Assembly: GCA_030613835.1 (NCBI GenBank)
Contig: JAUWLH010000002.1
Coordinates: 1-36,522 of the forward strand
Direction of reading: 5' to 3'
Source: Candidatus Bathyarchaeota archaeon
GTDB lineage: Archaea; Thermoproteota; Bathyarchaeia; TCS64
DNA length: 36,522 bases
This document shows positions 1-8,047 of the stretch, piece after piece. Position 1 is the stretch's first letter. Each line of letters opens with the position of its first letter. A program made the translations under genes and the position numbers. The notes under the pieces are model-generated. The model was given only the letters and a program-made list of their open reading frames with translations. It was not told the origin of the DNA and did not search any database.

Positions 1-710
1 TGGACTTGTCCCGAGTCCCTTTCCACTATATTTTTTCCGGGTATGTGTTCAGGCTTTGCACGTTTTTTACTTGATTTACGTAGACCTTTTTGTATGAAAG
101 ATGTGAGGTCTTTAACCATCTTTTCGTGGTCTACGGCACCCGCGGCTACAGCGATGCTCTCTCCATAGTTTTCTTTGTAATAATCCTTGATTGACTCTAA
201 GGACATCTTGGATATAGTCTCGAAAGTTCCTGTGATCGAGTGAGCGGCTCTATTACCCTTCCAAATGTTTTCCGTGTATAGCTCGTGAATGAGGCTTGCA
301 GGATCGTCCTGAACTCGCTTGATTTCCTCAAGGATAACCTGCCGCTCCATCTCCACATCTTTTGTGTCCAGCACGCTGTTTTGCATCATGTCTGATAGGA
401 CCTCTGTTGCGATGCTTTGATCCTTTGCCCTAGTCCTTGCGATATAGGTAGTCATATCACGATCAGTGAACGCGTTCATATAGCCTCCAAGGTTCTCAAT
501 TACAGAGGAAATTTCACTAGCTGACCTAGTCGGGGTACCCTTGAAAAGTAGGTGCTCAAGGAAATGGCTTCCACCCTCAAGCTCAGCCCCCTCATCCCTG
601 GAGCCAACATTTACCCACATACCAAAGCTCATACTTAGTGAAGCAGGGTTATGCTCAGTAATCAATCGAACACCGTTAGGCAACAGCTCATCCCTTAACT
701 CAAGCGCCAT
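1..710 (-). CDS. M16 family (pitrilysin/insulinase-like) zinc peptidase, N-terminal part; the 3' end lies outside the window
   Basis: Open frame running off the left edge, so absent from the ORF track. ATG at 710-708 is preceded by a GGAGGGGGTG Shine-Dalgarno-like run. My translation, MALELRDELLPNGVRLITEH...GGSHFLEHLLFKGT...EMERQVILEEI, carries the inverted zinc motif HxxEH (HFLEH) and the downstream conserved Glu region of M16 peptidases. Confidence 0.85.
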   Translation of the reverse strand, partial: MALELRDELLPNGVRLITEHNPASLSMSFGMWVNVGSRDEGAELEGGSHFLEHLLFKGTPTRSASEISSVIENLGGYMNAFTDRDMTTYIARTRAKDQSIATEVLSDMMQNSVLDTKDVEMERQVILEEIKRVQDDPASLIHELYTENIWKGNRAAHSITGTFETISKMSLESIKDYYKENYGESIAVAAGAVDHEKMVKDLTSFIQKGLRKSSKKRAKPEHIPGKNIVERDSGQV

Positions 711-925
711 AGTCATCTACACCCCCTCCCTTAACTCGAAGGGATAAAAAGTTGCGTCTTCGCAGTCATATTAGCCCAAAAAACACTCAAAAAACTCATG
801 GATAGGATTCACGTCCAAACAGTTTTTCATACTTTATATATAAAACTCAAAGTCAGTAATAAACGGTAAAATAAAGCCCAATTAGGGTATCAAAATTGCG
901 TTTTTTATGTAGTTTGAACAGATGG

Positions 926-968
926 ATGTTTTACGCCTTATAGTAAAGGTACCTTCAACACTTTGGAC
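926..968 (+). repeat. Copy A of a 43-bp intergenic direct repeat (27/27 identical core ATGTTTTACGCCTTATAGTAAAGGTAC, then 12/16 matches); promoter-like
   Basis: Direct comparison with 7265-7307. Contains a TATA-like CTTATAGTAAA. TTG at 963 aligns with the ATG of copy B. Confidence 0.8.
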
Positions 969-1027
969 GTGATTTGTATCCCAATTTTTACATGGTTTCC
1001 AAGAAGACCGAACGGACATTAGGGGGC

Positions 1028-1822
1028 TTAGGAAGATAGAGAAGAAGATATTTGCTTACCCTCAGATGTTAACGATATTGTGTAGTTCTTCCTCGGACTT
1101 AGGCCGATCCTCTGCATTATTTTACCCCGAAGATCCATAGGAATTTCGGCCAAAAGGTATAGGGTATTTGATGTAGATTTTGCTTGGTTTCCAATGAACT
1201 CTACGATATTTTCAGGGGTAAGGCCAGTCTGCTCCGATAGGCTCCATAGGTCCATTGATTCCTTGCCGTATAGGGATTTCATTAATAGAAGATGCTTTGA
1301 TAGGGACCGTATCTTGTCAAGATCTTCAAAGCTCATTTCTTCTAGCTCTGGGAACTTTGGCACTTCCACAGTTTTCTCGATTATTTTCTCAATGGGCACT
1401 TCAACGATTCTTTCTATAGTTTTTTCAACTACTTTCTCCCTCACCTGGATAGGGGTATTTCCTCTGAAAACATCAAGCTGGAACGAGGTCTCCCGGCCTT
1501 TTTTCGTCAATTTCCATAGATCGAACGTATAGCGTTTATCATAAGGTAGAGTCGCAGGTTTTCCCCGCTCTGATGCTTTCCGGACAAGTCCCACCTCCTG
1601 AAGGAGGCTTAGCCAGTTGTTGAGCTCGACTTTGGTTAATGTGTTTCCTTGCTCTACGAGAATTGGTTGCATATCATAAGTGGTGAGGTACTCTGTTTCT
1701 GAATCCCTTAGGATCAAGAAGATATGGCGGGCGTTTCTGCTCTGTAGGGGTCTTAGTGTTTTCTCGAATATTTCCTCCAATTCCTCCCTATTTGGGGGTT
1801 TAGACTTGTCTTTTGGGGTCAT
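1028..1822 (-). CDS. Putative transcriptional regulator with two winged-helix-like modules joined by a short repeat linker
   Basis: 264-aa ORF. The N-terminal segment (RHIFLILRDSETEYLTTYDM...LQEVGLVRK...FDLWKLTKKG) and the C-terminal segment (LSEQTGLTPENIVEFI...ISLTSEGKQ) both resemble MarR/ArsR-type wHTH folds. The linker has a tandem (V/I)EK.IE..VEVP repeat. No family assignment is possible without a search. Confidence 0.55.
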   Translation of the reverse strand: MTPKDKSKPPNREELEEIFEKTLRPLQSRNARHIFLILRDSETEYLTTYDMQPILVEQGNTLTKVELNNWLSLLQEVGLVRKASERGKPATLPYDKRYTFDLWKLTKKGRETSFQLDVFRGNTPIQVREKVVEKTIERIVEVPIEKIIEKTVEVPKFPELEEMSFEDLDKIRSLSKHLLLMKSLYGKESMDLWSLSEQTGLTPENIVEFIGNQAKSTSNTLYLLAEIPMDLRGKIMQRIGLSPRKNYTISLTSEGKQISSSLSS

Positions 1823-1836
1823 TTAACCTCTAATCT

Positions 1837-1859
1837 ATATTCAGGATATTCCTGAATAT
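1837..1859. promoter_or_regulatory. Perfect 10-3-10 palindrome ATATTCAGGA-TAT-TCCTGAATAT in a divergent promoter region; candidate operator
   Basis: Seen directly. Lies 15 bp upstream of the regulator ATG (1822) and 86 bp upstream of the dehydrogenase ATG (1945). A second 10-bp palindrome, TCTGATCAGA, lies at 1867-1876. Confidence 0.5.
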
Positions 1860-1944
1860 TAATATTTCTGATCAGAAAAAAACTGATCGAATATTTACGG
1901 AAAATAATATACTCTAAGGACGTTCAAAAGATACTAGAAAGACC

Positions 1945-2928
1945 ATGCTAAAGCCCAAAGTGTATATTACAAGAAAATTCTTCGATGAAGCCATCGATTT
2001 GATTAAGTCCGTGGCAGATGTGGAGACTTTCGATGGAGAGAATGATCCAATCCCAAGGGGGATTCTCAAGGAGAAAATAGTGGACATAGATGGACTACTC
2101 CCAATGCTCACAGACATGGTTGATGGGGAGCTGATGGACCTGGGTAAAAACCTCAAAGTCGTGAGCAATTATGCCGTAGGATACAACAACATAGTCGTAC
2201 CGGACGCCACTGAAAGGGGAATAATAGTTACAAACACCCCAGGCGTACTCAACGATTCAACGGCTGACTGCGCCTTCATGCTGATGATGGCCATAAGCAG
2301 GAGGTTAGTTGAGGTAGACAAGTACGTCAGGGACGGAAAATGGGTCAAGGCTTGGGGCCCAAAGATGCTCCTGGGATCGGATGTGACAGGGAAGACCCTT
2401 GGAATAGTAGGGTTGGGCAGGATCGGTCAGGAGATGGTCCCTAGGGCGAAGGGCTTCAAAATGAACGTCATTTATCACAACAGGACCCCTAGTCCAGAGA
2501 AGGAGAAAACCCTCGGCGTAGAGTACAGGGAATTCGATGATTTACTGAGAGAAGCCGACTTTGTAAGCCTCCATGTGCCTCTCAACGACGAGACAAGGCA
2601 CTTGATCGGCGAGAGGGAGCTAAAGCTCATGAAGTCCACCGCTTTTCTCATAAACACTGCAAGAGGTCCAGTTGTCGACGAGAAGGCATTGATCAAGGCA
2701 CTTAAGGAGAAATGGATCGCGGGTGCGGGGCTTGATGTTCATAACAAGGAACCCATCGAGCGTGATAACCCATTGTTGGAGTTGGACAACGTCATCGTGG
2801 CTCCACATATCGGGAGCGCAACCACTGATACCAGGCTCGCCATGGCCATGAAGGCAGCTGCGAACCTTGTAGCGGCTCTCAAAGGTGAAAAACCTCCAGA
2901 CATCGTTAACCCAGATGTCTTGGAATAA
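1945..2928 (+). CDS. D-isomer-specific 2-hydroxyacid dehydrogenase (glyoxylate/hydroxypyruvate reductase type)
   Basis: 327 aa. NAD-binding GxGxxG (GLGRIGQ), a catalytic-region ...NTARG...D...H... pattern, and overall similarity to archaeal GyaR-type enzymes. Confidence 0.85.
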   Translation: MLKPKVYITRKFFDEAIDLIKSVADVETFDGENDPIPRGILKEKIVDIDGLLPMLTDMVDGELMDLGKNLKVVSNYAVGYNNIVVPDATERGIIVTNTPGVLNDSTADCAFMLMMAISRRLVEVDKYVRDGKWVKAWGPKMLLGSDVTGKTLGIVGLGRIGQEMVPRAKGFKMNVIYHNRTPSPEKEKTLGVEYREFDDLLREADFVSLHVPLNDETRHLIGERELKLMKSTAFLINTARGPVVDEKALIKALKEKWIAGAGLDVHNKEPIERDNPLLELDNVIVAPHIGSATTDTRLAMAMKAAANLVAALKGEKPPDIVNPDVLE

Positions 2929-3110
2929 ATCACGGGAAAATTCGGTTTTTTCAACACATTTTATGCTAAAATACCCCAGGGTAAGTAATGAGAAGATGTC
3001 TAGTGTTTTTTTTGGAATAATTGCTTCAATAATATATTTCAAGAGTTTTCTGTCAGTCCTGAAAAACATGAAAAACAAGGGTTTTGTTTCAGAGTGCTGA
3101 GACAAAAGGG

Positions 3111-4076
3111 CTAGATTTCGCCCTTCTCATGCCTTGCCGAGAGGATGAAGCACATGTCGTCCACCATTTCCTCCAGATCATAGTCCGGAGTCCAGCTCCA
3201 CTCCTCCCTCGCACATGAGTCATCTATACTCATAGGCCACGAATCGGCTATTTTTTGCCTGAAATCGGGCTCGTAAGTGATGGTAAACTGGGGGTTGTGC
3301 TTTTGAATCTCCGCCGCAAGCTCAGCTGGATTGAAACTGAGGGACGCGAGGTTGTAGCTGGTACGATGTTTCAGGTTCTCAGACGGGGCATCCATGAGGT
3401 CTTGGAAGGCCTTCAGGCAGTCGGGCATGTATATCATGGGTAGCGTGGTGTCTGATCTTAGGAAGCATTCGTAGCTCCCCTTCTTGATGGCCTCGTAGAA
3501 TATCTCCACTGCGTAATCCGTGGTTCCTCCCCCGGGTGGAGCAACGTTGCTGATGACACCGGGCAGCCTGATGCCCCGTACATCAACGCTAAATTTATCG
3601 AAGAAATACTTGCCCAAAAGCTCCCCCGTCACCTTGGTGACCCCGTACATGGTCCTCGGCGTTAAAACCGTGTCCTGAGGCGTGTTCAGCCTAGGAGTTT
3701 CTGTCCCAAAGGCGGCTATGCTACTGGGGTGGAATATCTTATTGGTTAACCCCTCCCTGGCCACCTCAAGGACATTCCTGAACCCGTTGATGTTTACGTC
3801 CCATGCCAGATCTGGCCTCATTTCACCAGCAGCGCTTAGAATGGCGGCCAGGTGATAGACCTCATCTATGTCGTATCCCTTAACCAAATTCCTTACTTCA
3901 TCGAGTTCGAGGACATCAAGCCGCTCATATGACCCAGAATAGTCACTGCTTGGCTCCTTGATATCGGTCGCCAGGACGTTTTGAGTACCGAAAAGCCGTT
4001 GAAGCCGAGGAACGAGCTCGGAGCCTATCTGACCCAGAGCCCCCGTAACCATAACTCGCCTAATGTCACTGCCCAT
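3111..4076 (-). CDS. tdh: NAD-dependent epimerase/dehydratase-fold protein, most likely SDR-type L-threonine 3-dehydrogenase
   Basis: 321 aa. N-terminal Rossmann motif VTGALGQIGSEL and the YGVTK catalytic Yxxx K motif. Divergently paired with a 2-amino-3-ketobutyrate CoA ligase gene, its partner in the threonine-to-glycine pathway. Confidence 0.7.
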   Translation of the reverse strand: MGSDIRRVMVTGALGQIGSELVPRLQRLFGTQNVLATDIKEPSSDYSGSYERLDVLELDEVRNLVKGYDIDEVYHLAAILSAAGEMRPDLAWDVNINGFRNVLEVAREGLTNKIFHPSSIAAFGTETPRLNTPQDTVLTPRTMYGVTKVTGELLGKYFFDKFSVDVRGIRLPGVISNVAPPGGGTTDYAVEIFYEAIKKGSYECFLRSDTTLPMIYMPDCLKAFQDLMDAPSENLKHRTSYNLASLSFNPAELAAEIQKHNPQFTITYEPDFRQKIADSWPMSIDDSCAREEWSWTPDYDLEEMVDDMCFILSARHEKGEI

Positions 4077-4321
4077 TAGAATCAGGTTAAGTTAGCGTAC
4101 TCCGCATAAAACCGTTACCCCTTATAAAGACCCAAACTAGAAAATAGGTTAACACCTGTTATATACCATGCATTTGTCCCTTTAGGATGAGACAATAATT
4201 TTTTTTCATTATGTCAGGTTACTTGACACAAAATCGACATTCCCCCTGCTTTGCCCGCAACCCGCGACGGAATCGATAATAATAAACGGGCAACAGTCAT
4301 TCATCAATTGAAGGTAATACA

Positions 4322-5509
4322 ATGAGAGACCCAACAGGCTTTCTAGGGAAAGAGTACCAGGAGCTAGTGGACAAGGCACTGGACTGGAGATTGAAGCAGT
4401 TACAGGGCGCAAGCGAGCCCGTTACCAGGGTTGACGGCAGGGACGTGCTGGTCCTCTGCTCCAACAACTACCTAGGACTAGCGACCCACCCGAAGATTAT
4501 GCAGGCAGCAATCGAGGCGATAGAGAAGTACGGCGTCGGATCCGGTGCAGTCCGGGCCATCAGCGGTAACATGGATGTCCACGTTGAGCTGGAGAAACGC
4601 TTGGCAAAGTTCAAGGGAGCCGAGGCAAGCCTCACATACCCCACTGGCTTCATGGCTAACAGTGGGCTGATTCCCCAGCTGGTGGGAAAGGAGGATATTA
4701 TCATCAGCGACAAGCTGAACCACGGCAGCATAATCGACGGCGTACGCCTCTCAAGGGCAGAGAGGACAGTTTACAACCACAACGATATGGAAAACCTCGC
4801 AGAGAAGCTTGAGGAAGCCGAGAAAAAGGGCTACAGGAGAATCCTAATCATCACCGACGGCGTCTTCAGTATGGACGGCGACATAGCGCCCCTTGACCAG
4901 GTCGTCAAACACGGCTCGAAGCACGGAGCCATGATATACGTCGACGACGCCCACGGGGAAGGAGTCCTAGGGAAGAAAGGCAGAGGCGTCGTGAGCCACT
5001 TTGACCTCACGCACGAGGATGTCCACGTCGAGATGGGCACATTCAGCAAGGCATACGGAACCATTGGTGGACACATATCCGGCTCGGATAGCTTGGTGAA
5101 GTTCGCCTACAACAAGAGCAGGACATGGCTACTCAGCAGCTCACACCCACCCGCGGTTGCAGCGGCGACAATCGCGGCCATTGACGTCCTTGAGAACGAG
5201 CCCCATCACGTCGAGAACCTCTGGAAGAACACCAATTACTTTAAGAAGGCAGTGAAGGACCTTGGATTCAATACGGGCAACAGCCAAACCCCCATCATAC
5301 CAATAATTGTCGGGGAAAGCCACAAGGCTAAAGCACTGTCTGATAGACTCTACGATGATGGCGTTTTCGTTGTGCCAATAGTTTTTCCCATGGTAGCTCG
5401 GGATTTATCGCGGATCAGGGTCCAGATGCATGCAAAACTGACAACGGAGCAGTTGGACTCAGTAATTGGGAAAATAGAGAAAATAGGCCGCGTTTTAGAG
5501 ATAATCTAG
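4322..5509 (+). CDS. kbl: 2-amino-3-ketobutyrate CoA ligase (glycine C-acetyltransferase), PLP-dependent alpha-oxoamine synthase family
   Basis: 395 aa. Family-typical N-terminus, DDAHG motif and PLP-lysine context GTFSKA. Confidence 0.85.
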   Translation: MRDPTGFLGKEYQELVDKALDWRLKQLQGASEPVTRVDGRDVLVLCSNNYLGLATHPKIMQAAIEAIEKYGVGSGAVRAISGNMDVHVELEKRLAKFKGAEASLTYPTGFMANSGLIPQLVGKEDIIISDKLNHGSIIDGVRLSRAERTVYNHNDMENLAEKLEEAEKKGYRRILIITDGVFSMDGDIAPLDQVVKHGSKHGAMIYVDDAHGEGVLGKKGRGVVSHFDLTHEDVHVEMGTFSKAYGTIGGHISGSDSLVKFAYNKSRTWLLSSSHPPAVAAATIAAIDVLENEPHHVENLWKNTNYFKKAVKDLGFNTGNSQTPIIPIIVGESHKAKALSDRLYDDGVFVVPIVFPMVARDLSRIRVQMHAKLTTEQLDSVIGKIEKIGRVLEII

Positions 5510-5540
5510 GGGTATTTACCCCTACCTTTTTGATAAAAAG
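5509..5540. terminator. Candidate bidirectional terminator between convergent kbl and nucS
   Basis: GGGGTATTTACCCC hairpin (5509-5522), then T5 (5527-5531) on the plus strand and A5 (5535-5539, i.e. T5 on the minus strand). Confidence 0.4.
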
Positions 5541-5544
5541 ATCA

Positions 5545-6342
5545 TTAGTAAGTATACTCAAAAAAAGCTGTCAGCGGGGTTCCCTTCTTTTGCTTCAGGA
5601 TTTCGCTGCACTCCTTCGGGGAAAGTGCCTTGAACTCGTAGCCGTAATCGTCTAGGAGCTCTTTCGCGTTATCGGCGATCTCAGGTGCCACAAGGATAGC
5701 CCTTACCCTCCTGTTGGCATCCATATCGATAACATCCATGTATTTTTTTAGCTGATCAACGGCGTCCTTAGGAGCTTTGACCCGTTTGATCTCAACAACT
5801 GTCAATGTGTTATTGGAATCGTAACCTATGATATCGATGAACCCCGGGTCCACCGCCATCTCCTTGGTCATGGGACGGAAACCCAGCTCAAGGATATCGG
5901 GCTTGAACAGAATAGCCTCCTGCATATCCTTCTCAGACGCATACAGGTTGAACTCGCCGTTATCAACTAAATCAAGTACAGCCACCATTTGCAGACCTGT
6001 GAACGTGATAACCATGGACTCGTTCTCCTTTCTACGGAAAACACGGACCACCAATCCCTCTTTCAGTAGTTTCGTATTAAAGATGCTGCCAGAGGGCTGC
6101 CAGTTCACGGGAGAATAGTGCTTTGGACGGTGTATCAAAGCCGATCCGTCGGGCTTAAAGATGACAAGCCTCTCCCCCGACTCCAGTTTGCTGCTGGCCC
6201 TCCCGTCATAGTCAACGGTGCACTCCCCGGCTATCACCACGGTCTTGCGCCTGGATATGCCTGACTTTACGACCTTCTCCGCTTCCCCAAGGCTTGGGTT
6301 GGGGAGTATCTGCTGCCTGCTCTCGTCCATATGGTTACCCAA
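5545..6342 (-). CDS. nucS: Endonuclease NucS (EndoMS)
   Basis: 265 aa. N-terminal ...VVIAGECTVDYDGRASSKL...LVIFKPDGSALIHRP and a C-terminal RecB-like nuclease core (IDIIGYD...VVEIKR). The C-terminal LTAFF resembles a degenerate PCNA-interacting box. Alternative ATG at 6330. Confidence 0.85.
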   Translation of the reverse strand: MGNHMDESRQQILPNPSLGEAEKVVKSGISRRKTVVIAGECTVDYDGRASSKLESGERLVIFKPDGSALIHRPKHYSPVNWQPSGSIFNTKLLKEGLVVRVFRRKENESMVITFTGLQMVAVLDLVDNGEFNLYASEKDMQEAILFKPDILELGFRPMTKEMAVDPGFIDIIGYDSNNTLTVVEIKRVKAPKDAVDQLKKYMDVIDMDANRRVRAILVAPEIADNAKELLDDYGYEFKALSPKECSEILKQKKGTPLTAFFEYTY

Positions 6343-7057
6343 CGCTGGTGATTATCGTGATCCATGCCGCGTTCATCTTGGCATCATACTGAAGCAGGTG
6401 AGACGTGGCGTCCCCAAGCAGGAAGGTGCCGTGCCCTGGGTACATACGCTCGGGCTTTAATGACGCAAGCTTCTTGATGCTTGCCTTCCAGTCGTCAAGG
6501 TCAAAACCGGGGCCGTTGATATAGCCCAAATTACCTGATGCTCCAGCGATATCCCCACATAGGAGGCTTGAAACGCCGTAGTCGTCCAGCATAAAGCTGA
6601 TGCAACCCGGAGTATGACCTGGGTTACTCACCGTTATGAGCTCAACATCTCCGACCTCGATAACGTCGCCATCCACGACAGTCTCATCAACCGGAGCAGT
6701 CTTGAACTCCAGGCCCCATTCCTGAGCCATAGTGTACAGGGATAGCTCGTTCAACGTCTCGATGGCCTCCTTGTCGATTGGATGGGATATGATCTTGGTG
6801 CCAGTTGTCTCCCTGATCTCATAGTTTCCGCCGATGTGATCGAAGTGGCAATGAGTGATCAGGGTCTTTGTTATCTTCTTGGGGTCGAGGCCATCCCGCT
6901 TTATGTTCTCCATAATAGCCTTCACGCCGTAACCCCCTCCAGTGTCGATCAGTGCCAGCTCGGAGCCTCCATCCACGACGTAACAGTTGCAGTCTCCGCT
7001 AGGCGAAATACCGTAACCGGATCCAGCGACGAGGTAAACCCGCTCAGTTAGCTTCAT
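6335..7057 (-). CDS. Metallo-beta-lactamase-fold hydrolase
   Basis: 240 aa with the HxHxDH motif (THCHFDHIGG) and downstream His/Asp ligands. The 3' end overlaps the longest nucS ORF by 8 nt. Confidence 0.8.
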   Translation of the reverse strand: MKLTERVYLVAGSGYGISPSGDCNCYVVDGGSELALIDTGGGYGVKAIMENIKRDGLDPKKITKTLITHCHFDHIGGNYEIRETTGTKIISHPIDKEAIETLNELSLYTMAQEWGLEFKTAPVDETVVDGDVIEVGDVELITVSNPGHTPGCISFMLDDYGVSSLLCGDIAGASGNLGYINGPGFDLDDWKASIKKLASLKPERMYPGHGTFLLGDATSHLLQYDAKMNAAWITIITSVG

Positions 7058-7264
7058 TATATCTCGGAAACCATAAAGTCCCTCGGATTTTTAATGTGTT
7101 CGACCGATTTTCAGACCGCATAGGGCTTATTTAGTCATGGATATGACCCCTGTCCGTTTAGGATGATCGAATCTCCGAACCCCCCCTTTGATAGTGTTCA
7201 TTTTTAACACGGTTTTGTATTTCGGAGCATAAAGGTTCGAATGATCGAAGTAAGTTCGATAATA

Positions 7265-7307
7265 ATGTTTTACGCCTTATAGTAAAGGTACATTCAAAAC
7301 TATGGAT
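7265..7307 (+). repeat. Copy B of the 43-bp direct repeat (see 926-968)
   Basis: 27/27 identical core plus 12/16 in the extension. The ATG at 7302 falls where a leaderless transcript start would be expected, about 25 nt after the TATA-like TTATAGTA. Confidence 0.8.
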
Positions 7308-7724
7308 ACAAACCGCGTCCAGTATAAACAACGGTTACGACCAAACGATGATGATGAGCACCCCCTTCTCCCCCAATCACAGGGCTCATTAGCACATAGC
7401 GTTCATTATATTACCATGTTCCACGAGACCTGCGGCGAAATCCGGGAGTCCACATACGGCGTCCTCTACCACAGGGATATAGGCAACACTCGGACAGCTG
7501 GATACAGTTCGGGCTTCATCATCGCTCCAATGATAATAGCGACACTCACGCGGTAAGGTGTTCGGAATGAGTCAAACACTTTAACAGTAGAGGTATCATC
7601 GGACGACGAGTCCAAGAGACTGGCCATCGCACGGCAAATCCCATCGACCGAGATAATAGCTTACGCAAGAGTGAGCGGCATCAACATCCAAGTTTGATGC
7701 ACAAAAAAGAGGATTGGAAAATCT

Positions 7725-7895
7725 CTATTTGTCAAACGACTGCTTGAACAAGTCTTCCATCGCTGCATAGTGCATCGAGTTAAATTCCTCAAGTTTTTCG
7801 GGGTGGGTCAGCTTCACATGGAAACGTACCCCGCCTGGACTCGCAGACTTTCGTTCACAGTACGGACACTTAAACTGGGTCATCGATTTTGCCAT
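7725..7895 (-). CDS. Small (56 aa) C2H2-type zinc-finger protein
   Basis: Found by hand; below the 60-aa cutoff of the ORF track. Translation: MAKSMTQFKCPYCERKSASPGGVRFHVKLTHPEKLEEFNSMHYAAMEDLFKQSFDK. It has a CxxC-x12-HxxxxH spacing with the aromatic/hydrophobic residues of a classical C2H2 finger. GGAG lies 9-12 nt upstream of the ATG. Confidence 0.6.
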   Translation of the reverse strand: MAKSMTQFKCPYCERKSASPGGVRFHVKLTHPEKLEEFNSMHYAAMEDLFKQSFDK

Positions 7896-8047
7896 TGAAA
7901 CAACTCCGATCTAATTATAGTAAATACTGGTTATAACCTTATGCGCCACACGTCGCTAATAGATCAATTTTTAGAGGCATTATTTCGTCGTTTACCTAGG
8001 GTAAAGTGTTGAAAAAAATGCGCATAAAATGGGTTTTTCTGTAAAAA

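Noticed and set aside
541-747. 68-aa plus-strand ORF
   Set aside because: It lies antisense within the clearly recognisable M16 peptidase coding region and has Ser/Pro/Leu-rich composition.
7160-7260. Possible tRNA (GGTTCGAAT at 7234-7242) or C/D-box sRNA (two ATGATCGAA motifs)
   Set aside because: No complementary T-stem, acceptor stem or anticodon arm can be drawn around the T-loop-like string. The ATGATCGAA motifs do not match the RUGAUGA C box, and there is no CUGA D box at a suitable distance.
926-7307. The two 43-bp direct repeats as attL/attR of an integrated mobile element
   Set aside because: The 6.3 kb between them contains only housekeeping or metabolic genes in mixed orientation (regulator, dehydrogenases, kbl, nucS, MBL hydrolase). 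There is no integrase, transposase or tRNA fragment and no compositional shift.
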